Shown piece after piece: positions 27,566 to 40,470 of a stretch of DNA of 64,000 nucleotides. A model generated the notes under the pieces. That model worked only from the letters and a program-made list of their open reading frames with translations, ran no database searches and was not told where the DNA came from. Origin of the DNA: Cenococcum geophilum. Taxonomy: Eukaryota. Position numbers and translations under genes: made by a program. Within the stretch, counting starts at the first letter, position 1. Each line of letters opens with the position of its first letter. The DNA lies in the NCBI GenBank assembly GCA_050273025.1, contig CP158635.1, positions 13,206,001 to 13,270,000 of the forward strand, given 5' to 3'.

Positions 27566-28366
27566 CTATATTATATCTACCTAGACTATAAAAAGTTCTA
27601 GAAATACCCCTATATATCTACTATAGCCGTTTAGGTAAATTCCTACGTTATTCGCAATTAGGGGGAAAATAGCGGACGATATTAGCGTTAATCGCCAAAC
27701 TATAGCTTCTGTGTTTGTTGGCTGAGTTAATATAATCTAAGTTGTTGAGTTCTATTTAATTTAAGGGAGAGGGTATGCTATTACAGAGGATAATAGGGCT
27801 TAACTTCTTAAAGTAAACCCCAAAGCGTTTTATATAAATTTCTCCTTAGCTCTACTAGCATTTAAGCTAAATACTATACTAGCATAGTAATAAGATTTCT
27901 TAATGGTTTAAGTATAGTAGAACTATTACGGGACGTGTGTTTTTACCTTATAATTAACTAGGAATTTCCCACTTATATTTACTGGATTAAATTAATTAAA
28001 ACCTATATGAAACTGACTATTACTTTAATAAGGGTCTCTAAAACGGCTTTGCGTTAAGGTATAGTTAAGGCTAAGAAAATTAAATCTTAATATTGTCCCA
28101 ACTGTGGCGTTAAGCGTATTTAGGGAAAAAGATAAATTCCTACGGTCTCTAACAGTTATATAAGCAGTAGGTTTCGCAAGTAGTAGAAGTTTGCTGGCTA
28201 AGGAACTCTATATACCTGCTACGATTCCTAAAGATCGCCCGCCTATTATACTGCTTATTTAATAGATTAATAAGTTATAAAATAATGCTGCTTTGGCACC
28301 CTTTAGTGAAATGGCATACTGAATTAAAGTAGTAATGATAAGAGTGGAAACAATAAATGGCTATAT
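27566..28366 (-). pseudogene. Secreted cupredoxin (plastocyanin-like, 'extracellular serine-rich' type) protein
   Basis: Signal-peptide-like start, then de-RIPed VTVG..GNLSFSPNTLNATVGT.LRF.F...NHTLTQS.F.DPC..GQF.TGF..F......F.V....PQWFYCAQT....HC.AGMVF.LN (His/Cys/His/Met copper-site layout); S/T-rich then hydrophobic tail. Confidence 0.85.
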
Positions 28367-28574
28367 AATGCTTTAATCTAATAGGTGGATAATAGCTTTA
28401 ATAGATATTTATATAAGATATTAGAATAAAATCCTTAAATAAGTAATTTAGTAACGTATTTAATAAAGTATAATTTAAAAAATAGAAATATTAAAAATAA
28501 AACTAAAAAATAGAAATTTTTTTTACTATAAATAGGAATGGTAGTTATAGAGGTTCTATAAAAGATCTTAACTC

Positions 28575-28732
28575 GCCCTTAATTATCTAAACTAACCTCC
28601 TTTTAACTATATAATTTGAGCTACGCTTAATTATCTACTCTTAATTATTTAACCTAACTTTAATATTACTAATTTGAGCTGCGCTTAATTATCTACTCTT
28701 AATTGTTTAACCTAACTTTAATATTACTAACT
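28575..28732. repeat. 58-bp tandem duplication plus a partial copy, upstream of the 900-codon ORF
   Basis: aatttgagct(a/g)cgcttaattatctactcttaatt(a/g)tttaacctaactttaatattact occurs twice. Confidence 0.85.
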
Positions 28733-28752
28733 AGCACGGAAGAATACTTATA

Positions 28753-31452
28753 ATAGCGGACGTTTAGACTAATAGATTAGCGATTAAGTATTAAGGTTTA
28801 TTATAAATCGACGATATACTATACCTAAGTCTTCTACCTACTAACTCTAAGCTATTAAGCCTAACGTCTCTAAACCTAGCGCTATTAGGAATGAACTCGA
28901 AATTAAAATTAGAGAATACCGCTAGGCCGTTTAGAATATATTTGGATTATCGGCGACCTAAAGCTTTAGCGGTAAATAACGACTTTAAGGAGGAAGAGAA
29001 GACAGAATAAGTTATCTTGGATAATGAAATAGAGAAAAATGCCTTAGATAATGAAGACGACATTAAAATAAAAAAGGTTGGGGTTTAGAAACCAATTAAA
29101 AAATACTACTCCCTAGATAAGGATAGGGTAGCACTTTAGCTTAAAGAGGTAGTGTAAATGTCGTAAGCTTAAGAAAAAGGACTTAGTGAGGTACCGGAAG
29201 AGATAAGAAAAGTATATCGCAAAGCCTTTTCCTTTATTAGATGGTGGTGGGATATAGGCATTCTGTTAACCTATAAAAACATAATAAATAAACTAGATGC
29301 AGAAATTAAGAGGTTTAACCGCAATTATAATTCTAAGCTAGCTTAAGCTATCTTTTTTAAGTTTAATATAAAATACCTAAAAGCTAAAAAGGCTGCAATA
29401 AAGAATTAAACATTAAATGGGGATAATAAGGATATAGTAAAAGAGTTTTAACGGGAAGTTTGGGATAAGTTTGCGGAATTAAAAAAGAAATTTAAGTGAC
29501 TAGACCGCCATTAGTATTTCCCTTAAAAAATAATACTGGACAATATTTAAGTGTTTAAAAACTAGCTTAATAAAATTAACACTTTTAAGGAGGGAATAGT
29601 TATAAGAGAGGAAAACATTAAAAAACTTACGGAGGGGTTAGTTGTGTTTATTAAGTTACTAAAGAAAGTAGGCATTAATTATAAGTTAATAACGCTAAGC
29701 CACATTAAAATTAAAATTAAGTAGTTAATTAATGAATCGCTAAATGCTACTACTGCCTATTTAGCCTATTTAGAGGCCCTAAGAGGCCTAATACCTAAGT
29801 AAATGGCGGTATGGAACGATGTCGGACTATAAGTATAGGAATTTTTCGACTTAGCCCGCTAAAAGAAGTCCGTAGTAAGAGATATATCTTTAAGGAATAT
29901 AATTAAAGAAGCTAAATAGAAAAATATAGAGCTTATAAGAGTTAATAAAGAGCTTAACCTAGTTTTAATTAATTATAAAATACCAATTTAATTTATAAAA
30001 GAAATTCTCAGTATCTTAGAGATACCTAATAAAGACGTTTAAGAATAGAAGAGAGACGCACTTATACTTAGGATTAAAGCGATACTATTATTAGGAGGTA
30101 TTAATGGTGTAAGTATTTGGATTCCTAGAAAGAAGCTAGTACTCTCTATAGACGCTATAGCTTAAGAGAGCTTAAGGCTGCTAAACTCTATAGAGGGTGA
30201 TTTAGCTAAATAATTAAGCAGCGCTAGTGGTGCTAGGCTATCTATAAAGATTGGCTCTGCTACTAATAATGTAATAAGCTCTGCTAAACTCTTTATAGGT
30301 ATTAACCCTACTTTTAAAGTAAGTAATGCTAAAGTAAGCTCTGCTAAACGACCTACGAAGAGTAGCTCCCCTATTAAGGCGGTAAGTTAAGCTAAAGTTA
30401 GCAGTTCTACTAATGAAAGTAATATTAATAAACTACTATTTGTTTCTAAAGAAGAGGGCTTTACTAAATTACCTGTAAAGAGCGGTTCTACTACTAAGAG
30501 GGTAGGATTTGCTAAACTATTTAGACCTAATGGAAAGAAAGCTAAAAGCGTCTTACCCAGACAGGGCGCCCTAGAGCCCGCTACGAGGCAATTAACTATA
30601 GTCCCTCCTACTATAAGGCTATTAGCTATAGCCCCTACTGTTTTAGAATATATACTAGAGATACTTAAATCTGTAGAGTCTAATATAGACCTTAATATAG
30701 ACCTTAATAATCTAGACTCTTAATTAAACGACGATTATATTAAGATGCCTTTATATAAGGACGGAAGAATAGAATTTGGCATTCTAGAGGCTATAAGACC
30801 TTACGAAAATAAACAGTGAAGTCGCTTTATTGTTAATGCGGGCATAGAAAACTATCTATTTTACTAAGTAATTAGTAGCTATTAACTTGCGCTAGAAGGT
30901 GTTGATAAACTTTAGAGTATAGAAGAGAAATACTCTAAGTTTAATAAGAAATGGTATAAGGTGTATATAAATAACGGGAGTGGTAAAAGAAAACGAATTA
31001 ATATTATTAAGAAGCTTAGCCTATATATATAGGTCCTATAATCCTATAATACTAGTAAGCGAAAGCTAGATACCTATATTAGAACTAAGGTCTATAAGGA
31101 AAAGACTAAAAACCCTTATACTAATAAAATGCCGCTTGTTAACTGGTTAACTAAATTAGAGATAGTTGAAATAAGTAATAAGCGATAGGGAGAGGCTTAG
31201 GTAGAGATTCTAACGCAAGCTTATATAAGGAAGAGGAAGGTATTTAAAAAATTAAGGATACGCTAGCTGCATCCTAATATAAGGAAGCCGCTATTAGAGG
31301 AAGACAGAATAAATAAGCTATAGCTATTTTTAGATATAGAAGGGTCTCTAAATAGTTTAGATAGCAGTAGGCAATAAGCTAGCGAAGAAATTAATATATT
31401 TAGTATTAAAGTTAATAGCTCCGGCTCTGATTCTGATTCTCTTTATAGCTAA
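28753..31452 (+). pseudogene. ~900-codon intronless hypothetical protein, possible degenerate J-domain-like segment
   Basis: One 2700-bp frame interrupted only by RIP-type stops; VPEEIRKVYRKAFSF segment, helical middle, S/A/P-rich linker, C-terminal HPNIRKPLLEEDR.NKL*(W)LF. Confidence 0.6.
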
Positions 31453-32057
31453 GGCTAGATTAGTGCTTTAGAATATTTAGTTATATCTACAATTAATATT
31501 TAATATTTAATATTATATAGAGTAAAGGACAAACTATAATAGAGGAATTATAGCGGCTAGTACTAACTACTAATTATCCTTGTTTACTAAACCCTAGATT
31601 TAAGCTATACCTTACCTACTTAGCTTCCCAATAACACTTAATAGGATGCTAGATAATAACAACACTAATGCTAACTTAAAAAATAGTTATGAAGATTTTG
31701 ATTGTCTTCTCCGCTTTGGTTAATAACTCTTAAATATAACTTATAAAGGGTATAGTAGGCGTAGAGCCTATCGCTCCTCTTACTACTATGCTTGCCGTAA
31801 ATATCGCGCTTATATAATAATAGACAAGTATAATATCCAAAAACTTTAGAACTATAGGTCGGAGTCCTATACCTAAACTACTCCCGCTATTTTTTACCTT
31901 TATTAAGCAATAATATTAATTATACTAGGAGTGGATGGGTTTATATATTACTGCCTTTTGCACCTAAGATTGCTTAGGGAGGTGTAAACTAGAAAGATAA
32001 TTAGGGTCGGTAAGTAATACTCTCTATAAGTGGTATAAGAGGATTAAGTAGGACTAT

Positions 32058-32454
32058 TAATGTTTTTATTTATATTTAATATTAATATAAGAGCGTATTA
32101 ATATTGATATTAAACCGCCGACTTATATTAATATTTTATTAAATATTGAATATTAAGCTAAGCCTCTATATAAAATCAAAGTACGTAATAGTAGGATCCG
32201 TATATAGGTGGTTAGACACTATACCTACCCTCCTCCCCCCCTCCCTCTACCTCTCTCCCGTCTTTTACCTATCCTTTATATAGTTATATAGATAAATTAA
32301 GGGTATAGTATAGGTAGAGATATAGGAAAGAGGTAGGAAATAGGTAAAATAGAATAATACTGCTATATTTATTATAAAATATTTAATATTTAATATACTA
32401 AATATTAATACTTTTTGTATTGATATTGAATATTAAATATAAATAAAAACACTA
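32058..32454. mobile_element. hAT-type MITE (397 bp)
   Basis: Left end taatgtttttatttatatttaatatt matches reverse complement of right end tagtgtttttatttatatttaatatt (de-RIP CAGTGTT..); perfect 8-bp TSD AGGACTAT at 32050-32057 and 32455-32462. Confidence 0.9.
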
Positions 32455-32489
32455 AGGACTATTATATGTATTGAAGATAAACGCTACGC

Positions 32490-34155
32490 TGTAAATAGAA
32501 GCTATAAATTCTTCTTATACTACTATAACCTATAACGTATATCTGCCCTTATCTATTTATAGGTATAGTGTAGTAGACTAACTCTTATTAAAATTTGTCT
32601 AGTAGAATCTATCTATAGATTTATTAAATAGAGATACTTAGTTGCGTAGCGAGCCTTATATTTACGGTATGTAGTATCCGCTTTATTAAGTTTTAAACAG
32701 TATAATTTTGGAATAAGTAAATCGGCTATATAGAAATCACCGCATATTTTGGTTCTAAAAGGCGCTATAATATAATAGTCTAATGTTTTACATTCTTGGG
32801 AACGAGTAATAATTCTAGCTAGCACTACCTTTTGGCCTCTAGTTATATCTGGTTCCGCATTAGTTTTAGAAAGGTTATAGAACTAAAAAAACCCAAACAG
32901 TTTTAATGTAGTCAAATTTATATAGGTTGTTTTTAGCGGTCTCTCTAAACTATAAGTAAGTTTGGTCTATAGGTAGCATATTAGGATTAAAGTTCGCAAC
33001 AACAAATTTAAATAGTTATAACGTTAGTTCTATAATTTTTAAACAAGGCTAGATCCTAGCGGATGTAAATGTTAAAAGTTAAGTAGTAAAAGAAATGTTT
33101 AGGGTTTAGTAAAAACTTATATTTATTTATAGTTTGTTTATATACAGAAGCTATAAGTAGAGCTCGCTGTTTATGTAAAATGTTCCATATATATAACCTA
33201 CACCTATAATATAGGCTTTAGTTATTGTAGTACTCTCTATAAAATGTTCTAGCTTAGCTTATGGAAGGATAACTCCTATATAATGTCCTAATGGGTAATA
33301 ACTAAAATCCTTATAGATATGAGGGCTAGAAACTATAAAGTGCCTAAAAAAATCTAACACTCTTAGGTAAATGTTAACGTTATACTTATCTTCTTCTAAA
33401 GCATCCTTTACCGCTAAATCTTATCTAGGATATTTGTAGAGTTTAAAGTCGGTATTAGAAATAGAGACGGTTAAAAAGTAAGAATAGTTAAGTACGAGGT
33501 AAGATATAGTATTAGGGCTTATGTCTAAAATGTACGGCTGGTTTATAACGCGAGGTGAGCTTTAACTAGCTAGAAAAATTGTTTAAAGGGAGATAAGAGG
33601 TTATAGAATGCTTATAGAAAACAACTTATTAGCGGATAGAGGGAGGTTTTAGTGTATAGTTACTTGCCTAAAAGTTAAGCGCAGTTAGTAGTAACGTAGC
33701 CGTTATTATGAGGTAGATAATGTAAACGAGGTCTTTATTAGATAGGGTATGCGATTTTTAGGGGTCTGTTTAAGTGTATAGAAGACTTAATTGGCCTAAA
33801 ACTAACTTCTTTAGTGCTGTATTAATAGCGAGGCGCAGATTACAGTGTAAATTGTGAAGGCTTATTCTATAGGCATTAATACCTAACTAATACCGGTGCT
33901 GCGGGTGATAAAGACCGGTAGCTGCTTGTCTCAGACGCACTAAAGCCTAAATTAAAGGCAAGTGTGCTATAAATATATATGTAGAGGTTACTAACTAGTA
34001 GGAGGGGAAGTAAAGGGTTTCTATAGGGCGAGAATTGCCTCGCTTCTAGCTATACTTTAGATACTAATAGAATATAGAGCCACTATTGGTATTACGGAGT
34101 AGGGATTGGTGAAGGTTAAGAATAGTACTTAAGGCTTAAGTCGGTATTGCTATAT
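32490..34155 (-). pseudogene. Hypothetical protein, paralog A (unknown family, N-terminal CxxC-like motif)
   Basis: VVLARIITRSQECKTLDYYII..ADLLIPK..ATKYLYLINL*..RQILIRVSL..*IRADIRYRL; aligns with 36600-38510. Confidence 0.6.
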
Positions 34156-34644
34156 AAGAAGACGCCACTAATGTAGTTCTTAATAAATCCTTAAATATGT
34201 TTAAATCTCAAATATATAGTAAGGGGGAAGGATAGACGCTTGGAAATATATAAAGCAATTAAAAACACCACCTTCTAAAATTTATTAACCTAAGGGATTA
34301 GTAGCTAATAGTATAGTAAGGTAATGCTATTTGTGTATTTATGATTTAATTATAGGAAATACTAATAGACCCTACTTTAGACATCCTTACGTAGGTGCCT
34401 AGATAAACGTTATAGCGAAATATATAAGATCGCTTAAGGCTTTTATACGTACTTTTATTGCTATTTTAGGTTATTAATATAATGCACGAGAAATTAAGAG
34501 CTTGATTTAAGTGTTAAAAGTAAAGATTAAAATAGATTACAGCGGTCCCCGAAATTAAGGAGCTATTTTTTATATTAAGCGATTTAGTGAGTGAAAGTAA
34601 ATTATTTAGTGTTGCGGGACTTAAAGGGTTGGGCAGTATAAACC

Positions 34645-35550
34645 CCTTAGCTACTATTAAGTCCTATAATTTGCCCCCTAACTCCTTAACTAGTTTATTT
34701 AGAGTCCCTTTATCTTTAACGTATTTATAAGCGCAGCGCTATCTATATTTCTAGCTACGTCGTTATATTCTTTATCTAAAGTAGGTATATTTTATAGGGG
34801 GGGATCTTCCTTCTAGAACTTTACTAGAGTTAACCCCTAAAACCACTTCTTTTAAGGAACCTTATACTTAATAACGGGGAGACCGTCTATTGCTTTATCT
34901 ATAACAATAGTAAGGTTATAACATAGCGGTCTGGTTCTAAAAGCTAAGGTAAAAGTTTAAAGCTTACTATAACACTATTCCCTATCTTTACTAACACTAA
35001 CCTTCTTGCCTTTATGCTTTATTAATTAAAGCTCTTAGTAAAGTTTCGGCTTAAAGTAATATTTATTTATCTTATTTATATTCTTTAAAGAAAGGATAGT
35101 ACGTTCCTGTAATGCACTAATAAGAGCCCTTACTTTATTATTACTCTTTATTGCCTTTTTAGAAAGTTCTCTTACTACGGCGTTATTAATATTCTTTATT
35201 ATCTTAAGGAGAGACTCTGCTTTGTACTTAAGACTGTTTTTATATAGATACGAAGTTATAAGTAATATAAGCTTGAAAGGTGTCTTAACGTTTAAATGGC
35301 TGCGTATTATTTTTAATAGATCTAGATCTATGTAAAATTTTAGTTTGAATGGCTATACCGTATTATCTTAGAATAAAACCCTAGGGGGGGAGTAAGAGGT
35401 TGGGGGGTTGGGGGCAGTGGTAATGGCAGCAGTAGTGGCGGCGGTAGTAGTAGTAATAGGAGGAGGAGGATAAAGATAATAATGATGATGATGATAATGA
35501 GGAGGAGGAGGAGGAGGAGGAGGAGGAGGACTAGGAACGTTTGGTATGAT
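34645..35550 (-). pseudogene. Hypothetical protein with N-terminal poly-Pro/poly-His/Thr-Ala tract
   Basis: Minus frame PNVPSPPPPPPPPPPPHYHHHH..PPPPITTTTAATT followed by a long frame with RIP-type stops; (GAG)n/(GAT)n microsatellite at ~35476-35530. Confidence 0.45.
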
Positions 35551-36599
35551 TCTCGGTTTCTAAGTTAAAAGATACTAGAAAGAATAAAGTCGAGATATTC
35601 TAATACTAGGGAGCTAGATATATAAATAACCGCTAAAGCTATATTGTATTAAATTATAGGACTAGACCTATATTGCAGAAGGCTCTTCTAATCTAGATTA
35701 TATGTTTAGCCTAGAAATTGTCGCCGCACGCATTATGCTGATTTATTGTCGTGCGTTTATGTATCTGCTTAGTGTTACCCAATACTTGACCTCTAAGGGG
35801 GTATATATGCGAGCTTAAAGAGATGCTGCCGAATGCCATTTAATGTAAAAGGAAGGCGCTTATACGCCGGCGGGAGGCCTGATTTTATAGCCATATATTG
35901 CATTTACACCTTAACTATAGTTAGATAATCGTTATAGCGCGGCCAATACGTTATAAATAACGACACTAGGTTAAGAATCAAGTGTATTAAGACTTAGCGA
36001 TATTAAGGATTTTAATATATATAAAACCAAGACCCCTAAGACTAGAGACTTTATATTTACATTAGTATAAGAATGCTAACCATCGAATTAGATCCCTGAC
36101 TAGCTTTCGAATTTGCTAAATAATAATCCCCTATTACACATAACTAGGCCCTCTTACTACGTAGGCCAAAGAAATATTACTTTAATGGCGATGCGGATAA
36201 TCCTGCCCTGCTACTAGATGGCTTTAATTTCGACGATATATCTTTACAATTACCTAAGAGGAAAGAGTTAGCATTAGCTTATAGTGGCTTATAGGTAGTC
36301 GGCTAAACTAACCGCAGTTTTTATTGAGCCTATACTCTCTATAGAGAGCGTTAATTACCTATTATAAAATAATAAGAAAGGAGCTGGCTCTTATATCGCT
36401 ATAATATTTGCTAGATATCTTTTTTATATCTCCTAGTATTTTATGCACTAAGCTCTTATTATATAGCGGAGATGGGTATAATTGTAGTGGACTTAAGTGT
36501 AATTATATATTTCTAAAGATAATAAAACGGCGTGTTTTATTCTTAATAAGAATAATAGCTAAGGAATGAGTATTTATATTATAGCAAAGCAGCTATTAT

Positions 36600-38510
36600 C
36601 TTTGGATGTCCTGTATAGGTCTAAAGGAAGAATAACTATTAATACTATATAATCTATAGCGTATATCTGCCCTTATCTATTTATCTAATAACAATTCACC
36701 ATAGATCTGTAGGCATAGTGGTAGACTAATCCTCATTAAAATTTGTCTTATATAACCTATCTATATATTTATTAAATAGAGATACTTAGTTGTATGGTAA
36801 GCCTTATATATATAGTATATAGCTTCCGCTCCATTAAGTATTAAATAGTACCCCTTTAGAATAAGGAAATCGCCTATAATTAAAAGATTATTTTATTTAA
36901 TTTTGTAATTAGTAATAATATATTCGTTAAATGTTTTAAATTTAGGGGGATAAATAATGATTCTAGCTAGCACCACCTCTTAACCGCTAGTTAAGCCTTA
37001 GTTACTGTTAGTTTAGGGAAAGTTGTTAAGTTGGAAACTTAAACTGTTTTAATGCCGTTATATATTTGCGAATTTAGATTATAATTTAAATGAAATTCCT
37101 TATAAGTTTGTAGCTTAGGTAGTATATTAGGATTAAGGTGCGCAGCTATAGTTATAAGTAGTTATAACTTTGGTTCTATAATCGCTACCTAAGGCTAGAT
37201 CCTAGCGGACGTAAATATTAGGGGTTAAGTTATAAAAGAAACTTTTACAGTAAGTATAAACTTATATCTATATATAAAAGCTATAAGTAGACTTTCTCTC
37301 TTAATTTAAACGTTCTATATATACGATTCCTATATACCGTAAAGGATATAGCCGTTACACTATTACTGGTTATAAAAGATTCTAGCTAGTCTAGAGAAAG
37401 GATAACTCCTATACTATATCCTAGTGGCGAAAGATTAAATTTCATGTTATTTTATACGTAAGTCTATATAAAAATATAAACATATAATTAGATATCGGAT
37501 TAGTGTAATAGGATTATATTAAGTAAAACGAATTACTAGAAAGTAGTTAAGAATCTATTAGTAGTAGTAAAGACGCTACTCCTATAGAAAGCTTAGTAAT
37601 TAACTAGCGTAGCTTAGCTAGAAGTATTAAATTCTAAGGCTGCCTCTGCTTTTGGTTTAAGCTTAGCTTAGCTAGGAGTATTAAATTCTAAGGCCGCCTG
37701 TGCTTTTAGTTCGCAATATAAGACTTTAACTACACCCTCCCAACCGTTGCCGCAATAAGCGCCCGTTAAGCGCCATTTATAGTAATGCTCTTTAGACGAG
37801 ATAATACGACTATATAACTAAACTACAGCAACAGTATAGTAGTAACCTTTAACTACCTTGTCCTAAACGTTGATTTATATATCCCAATATGCCTAAAATA
37901 TAGCCTTGGCCATTGCTATAAAATATTAGTGGTATATAGTAAAAGTAAATATTAGTAAACTAACAGAGAACTAGTCTAAAGTCTATTGTTAACGGCATTA
38001 TATTAATATAGTTATGCTAATATTAGTTAGAGGTAGAAACGTACAAATCGTTAAGATTAGCGCGTAGTAACTAGTGCTATTACTAAAATTGCGAGGTGTA
38101 GGTCATAATGCGAAGGATTTAGTAGAGAAGGTATAGGTTTCTTAGCAGCCTTTTATATTATGGCACTAACTTAAGACTAAGCTTCTAATGTATAAAGGAT
38201 GGTAAAGGGCACGCTAATTACGGTGTGCTTAGGCTTAGAAAGATTAACCTAACCTATATATATATATGCGGCGGGTAACGAAAACCGGTAAGTGTCTGTC
38301 TTGGAATTATTAAGGCTAGATCGCGGATAGGAGGTGCCACTAATATATATTTAAAGACTATAAGGCTATAGAAAACTTACGTAAATACTACCTCGCGTCT
38401 AGTTATACTTTAGACACTTATAGAATATAGGGCCGCTGTTAGTATTGCGGGTAGTAAAGATTAATAAAGGTTAAAAATAATGTTTAAGGCTTAAATTGGG
38501 ATTGCTAGAC
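36600..38510 (-). pseudogene. Hypothetical protein, paralog B (unknown family)
   Basis: VVLARIIIYPPKFKTFNEYII..GDFLILKG..TTKYLYLINI*..RQILMRISL..*IRADIRYRL; third-position differences from paralog A support this frame. Confidence 0.6.
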
Positions 38511-40079
38511 GGTATAAGACGAGAAGACGCTATAAATGTATCTATAGAAGCCTATTCTGCGCCACCTTTAAGTTCTTTACTCTGCCGCTAGTTTCAATAA
38601 GCGTATACTGCTTAATAATAGCATTCTTAGAGTAGGGTATAAATTAGGAGGCACTAAATATAAGGGAGTTTAGGGAGAATTTGTATATACGACTGCGGAG
38701 GACGAGATATTAGCATTCTGTTTTAAATAGAGACGCTGGTTGTAGAGCTACTTGCCTATAAGTATTACCTTTAGGATTAAATAAGAATTAGTAGGTAAAA
38801 TTAATGGCTGTATATATATTGTTTAGAGGATGCCGCGCGCAATAAAGACCGGTTAAAGGTCGCGTGCTATATACCGCTGGTAGATCTTATTGCAGCTATA
38901 TACAATATCTGGGCTACTAAATATTATAAAGGGTAGGAAAGGTGGTGTAAATGCGTTTATATAGGATAAGATGTTAGGCGTTTAATATATATAGCGGCCC
39001 ACACAGCGGCTATTATATATGTTAATTATAGGGTACTATACGTGGCGGAGACCGTTTAAGGGTTATATAGTGTAATAGTTATAAGTATGCCTACGGAAAA
39101 TAAGGGGTTAGCAGCCTATTGTAGGTAAAGAGACGCGGGCTATATAGTTGCTTACCTTTAGTAGTATATTTAAGGTATTAAAAATATTACTACTAAATTC
39201 TTACTAATAAAAATGGTGAAGCCTAAGCATTAATAGTAACGTTTACTTAAGCGTTAGGGCGTAGAATGTTTAAGGCTCATTTAAAATACTAAGTATTTTA
39301 ATATCTATATACGTTTACTACCTAGCAGAGGTTAAAAAGCAAAAAGCCTAATAAAACCTGCCCCTCTAAACCGCCTGCCCCGCCACTAAGTTAAATTTCC
39401 TAGCAGCGTCTATACTAAATTTGGATATAATAGTATAAGCATAAGTAAGAACGAACCGCCTAAGAAAGCTCTCCTAGAAAGCAATATTGTTATACCTGTT
39501 ATTAAAGTAAAGTATACAGACCTCGCACGGTCTAGCCTTAAGAAGATAATTAAGAAGATTATATAAACTAGCGAAATATCTATAAGCCCTTTTATTAGTC
39601 TAGGTAAGACTATAGAAAGCTCTTAAGCGCGTTAACGTGCTATAACTATACGTTTACTTTACCTTACTTCTATAGAGTAAGTCAGACGGCTAATATAAAC
39701 AAGATACTAAGATTAAAGATGCTAGAAATACTTTATAGGCTAGGGGTTAAAGCAGATAATGTTTCCCTTATAATAGGCCTAACACTCTATTTTATAGAGA
39801 AGTATACTTAAATATACTATCTATATAAGTCGGTTATTTATATATTGGCATTTGGCTATTATAGGGACTTATAGGTCCTAGATAGTAATAAGGTTTTAAA
39901 GGTTAAGAGCGGTTAGGGTTATTACTGGGCTAGGCCGTAATATATTAAATAGAAAGGGAGCGGAGGCGGTATTAGTGCTATTATAACGGTTTCTCTTATA
40001 AGCTTAGGCGTTACTACTAATTCTGCTTTATAAATAGTTAAATAATTATATTATATTAAAAGTTTAAAGCTTAGGTTTA

Positions 40080-40470
40080 GGAATAACCCTTATATACCTA
40101 TTATAGAGTATTAAACCTCGCCTTCTCGCTGTCGCTGCTTTCTGGTAGAATATTAATGGCGGTATTAGGCTCGTATCCCCATTTTAGAGTATTAAACCTC
40201 GTCTCTATATTATCGCTGCTTGCTAGTAGCATATTAGTGGCGGTGTTACCCTTATATGCCCATCGCAGAGCAGTAAAACTTACCTCCTCGCTGTCGCTAC
40301 TTTCTGGTGGAATATTAATGGCGGTATTAGGCTCATATCCCCATTCCAAAGCATTAAACCTTATCTCTATATTGTCGCTGCTTGCTAGTAGTATATTAGT
40401 AGCGGTATTACCCTTATATACCTATTACAGAGCAGTAAAACTTATCTCCTTACTATTGCTACTTACTAGC
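40080..40470. repeat. 81-bp (27-codon) tandem repeat with alternating A/B units (162-bp higher-order repeat)
   Basis: Minus-strand ORF WGYEPNTAINIPPESSDSEEVSFTALR / WAYKGNTATNMLLASSDNIETRFNTLK alternate. Confidence 0.9.
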
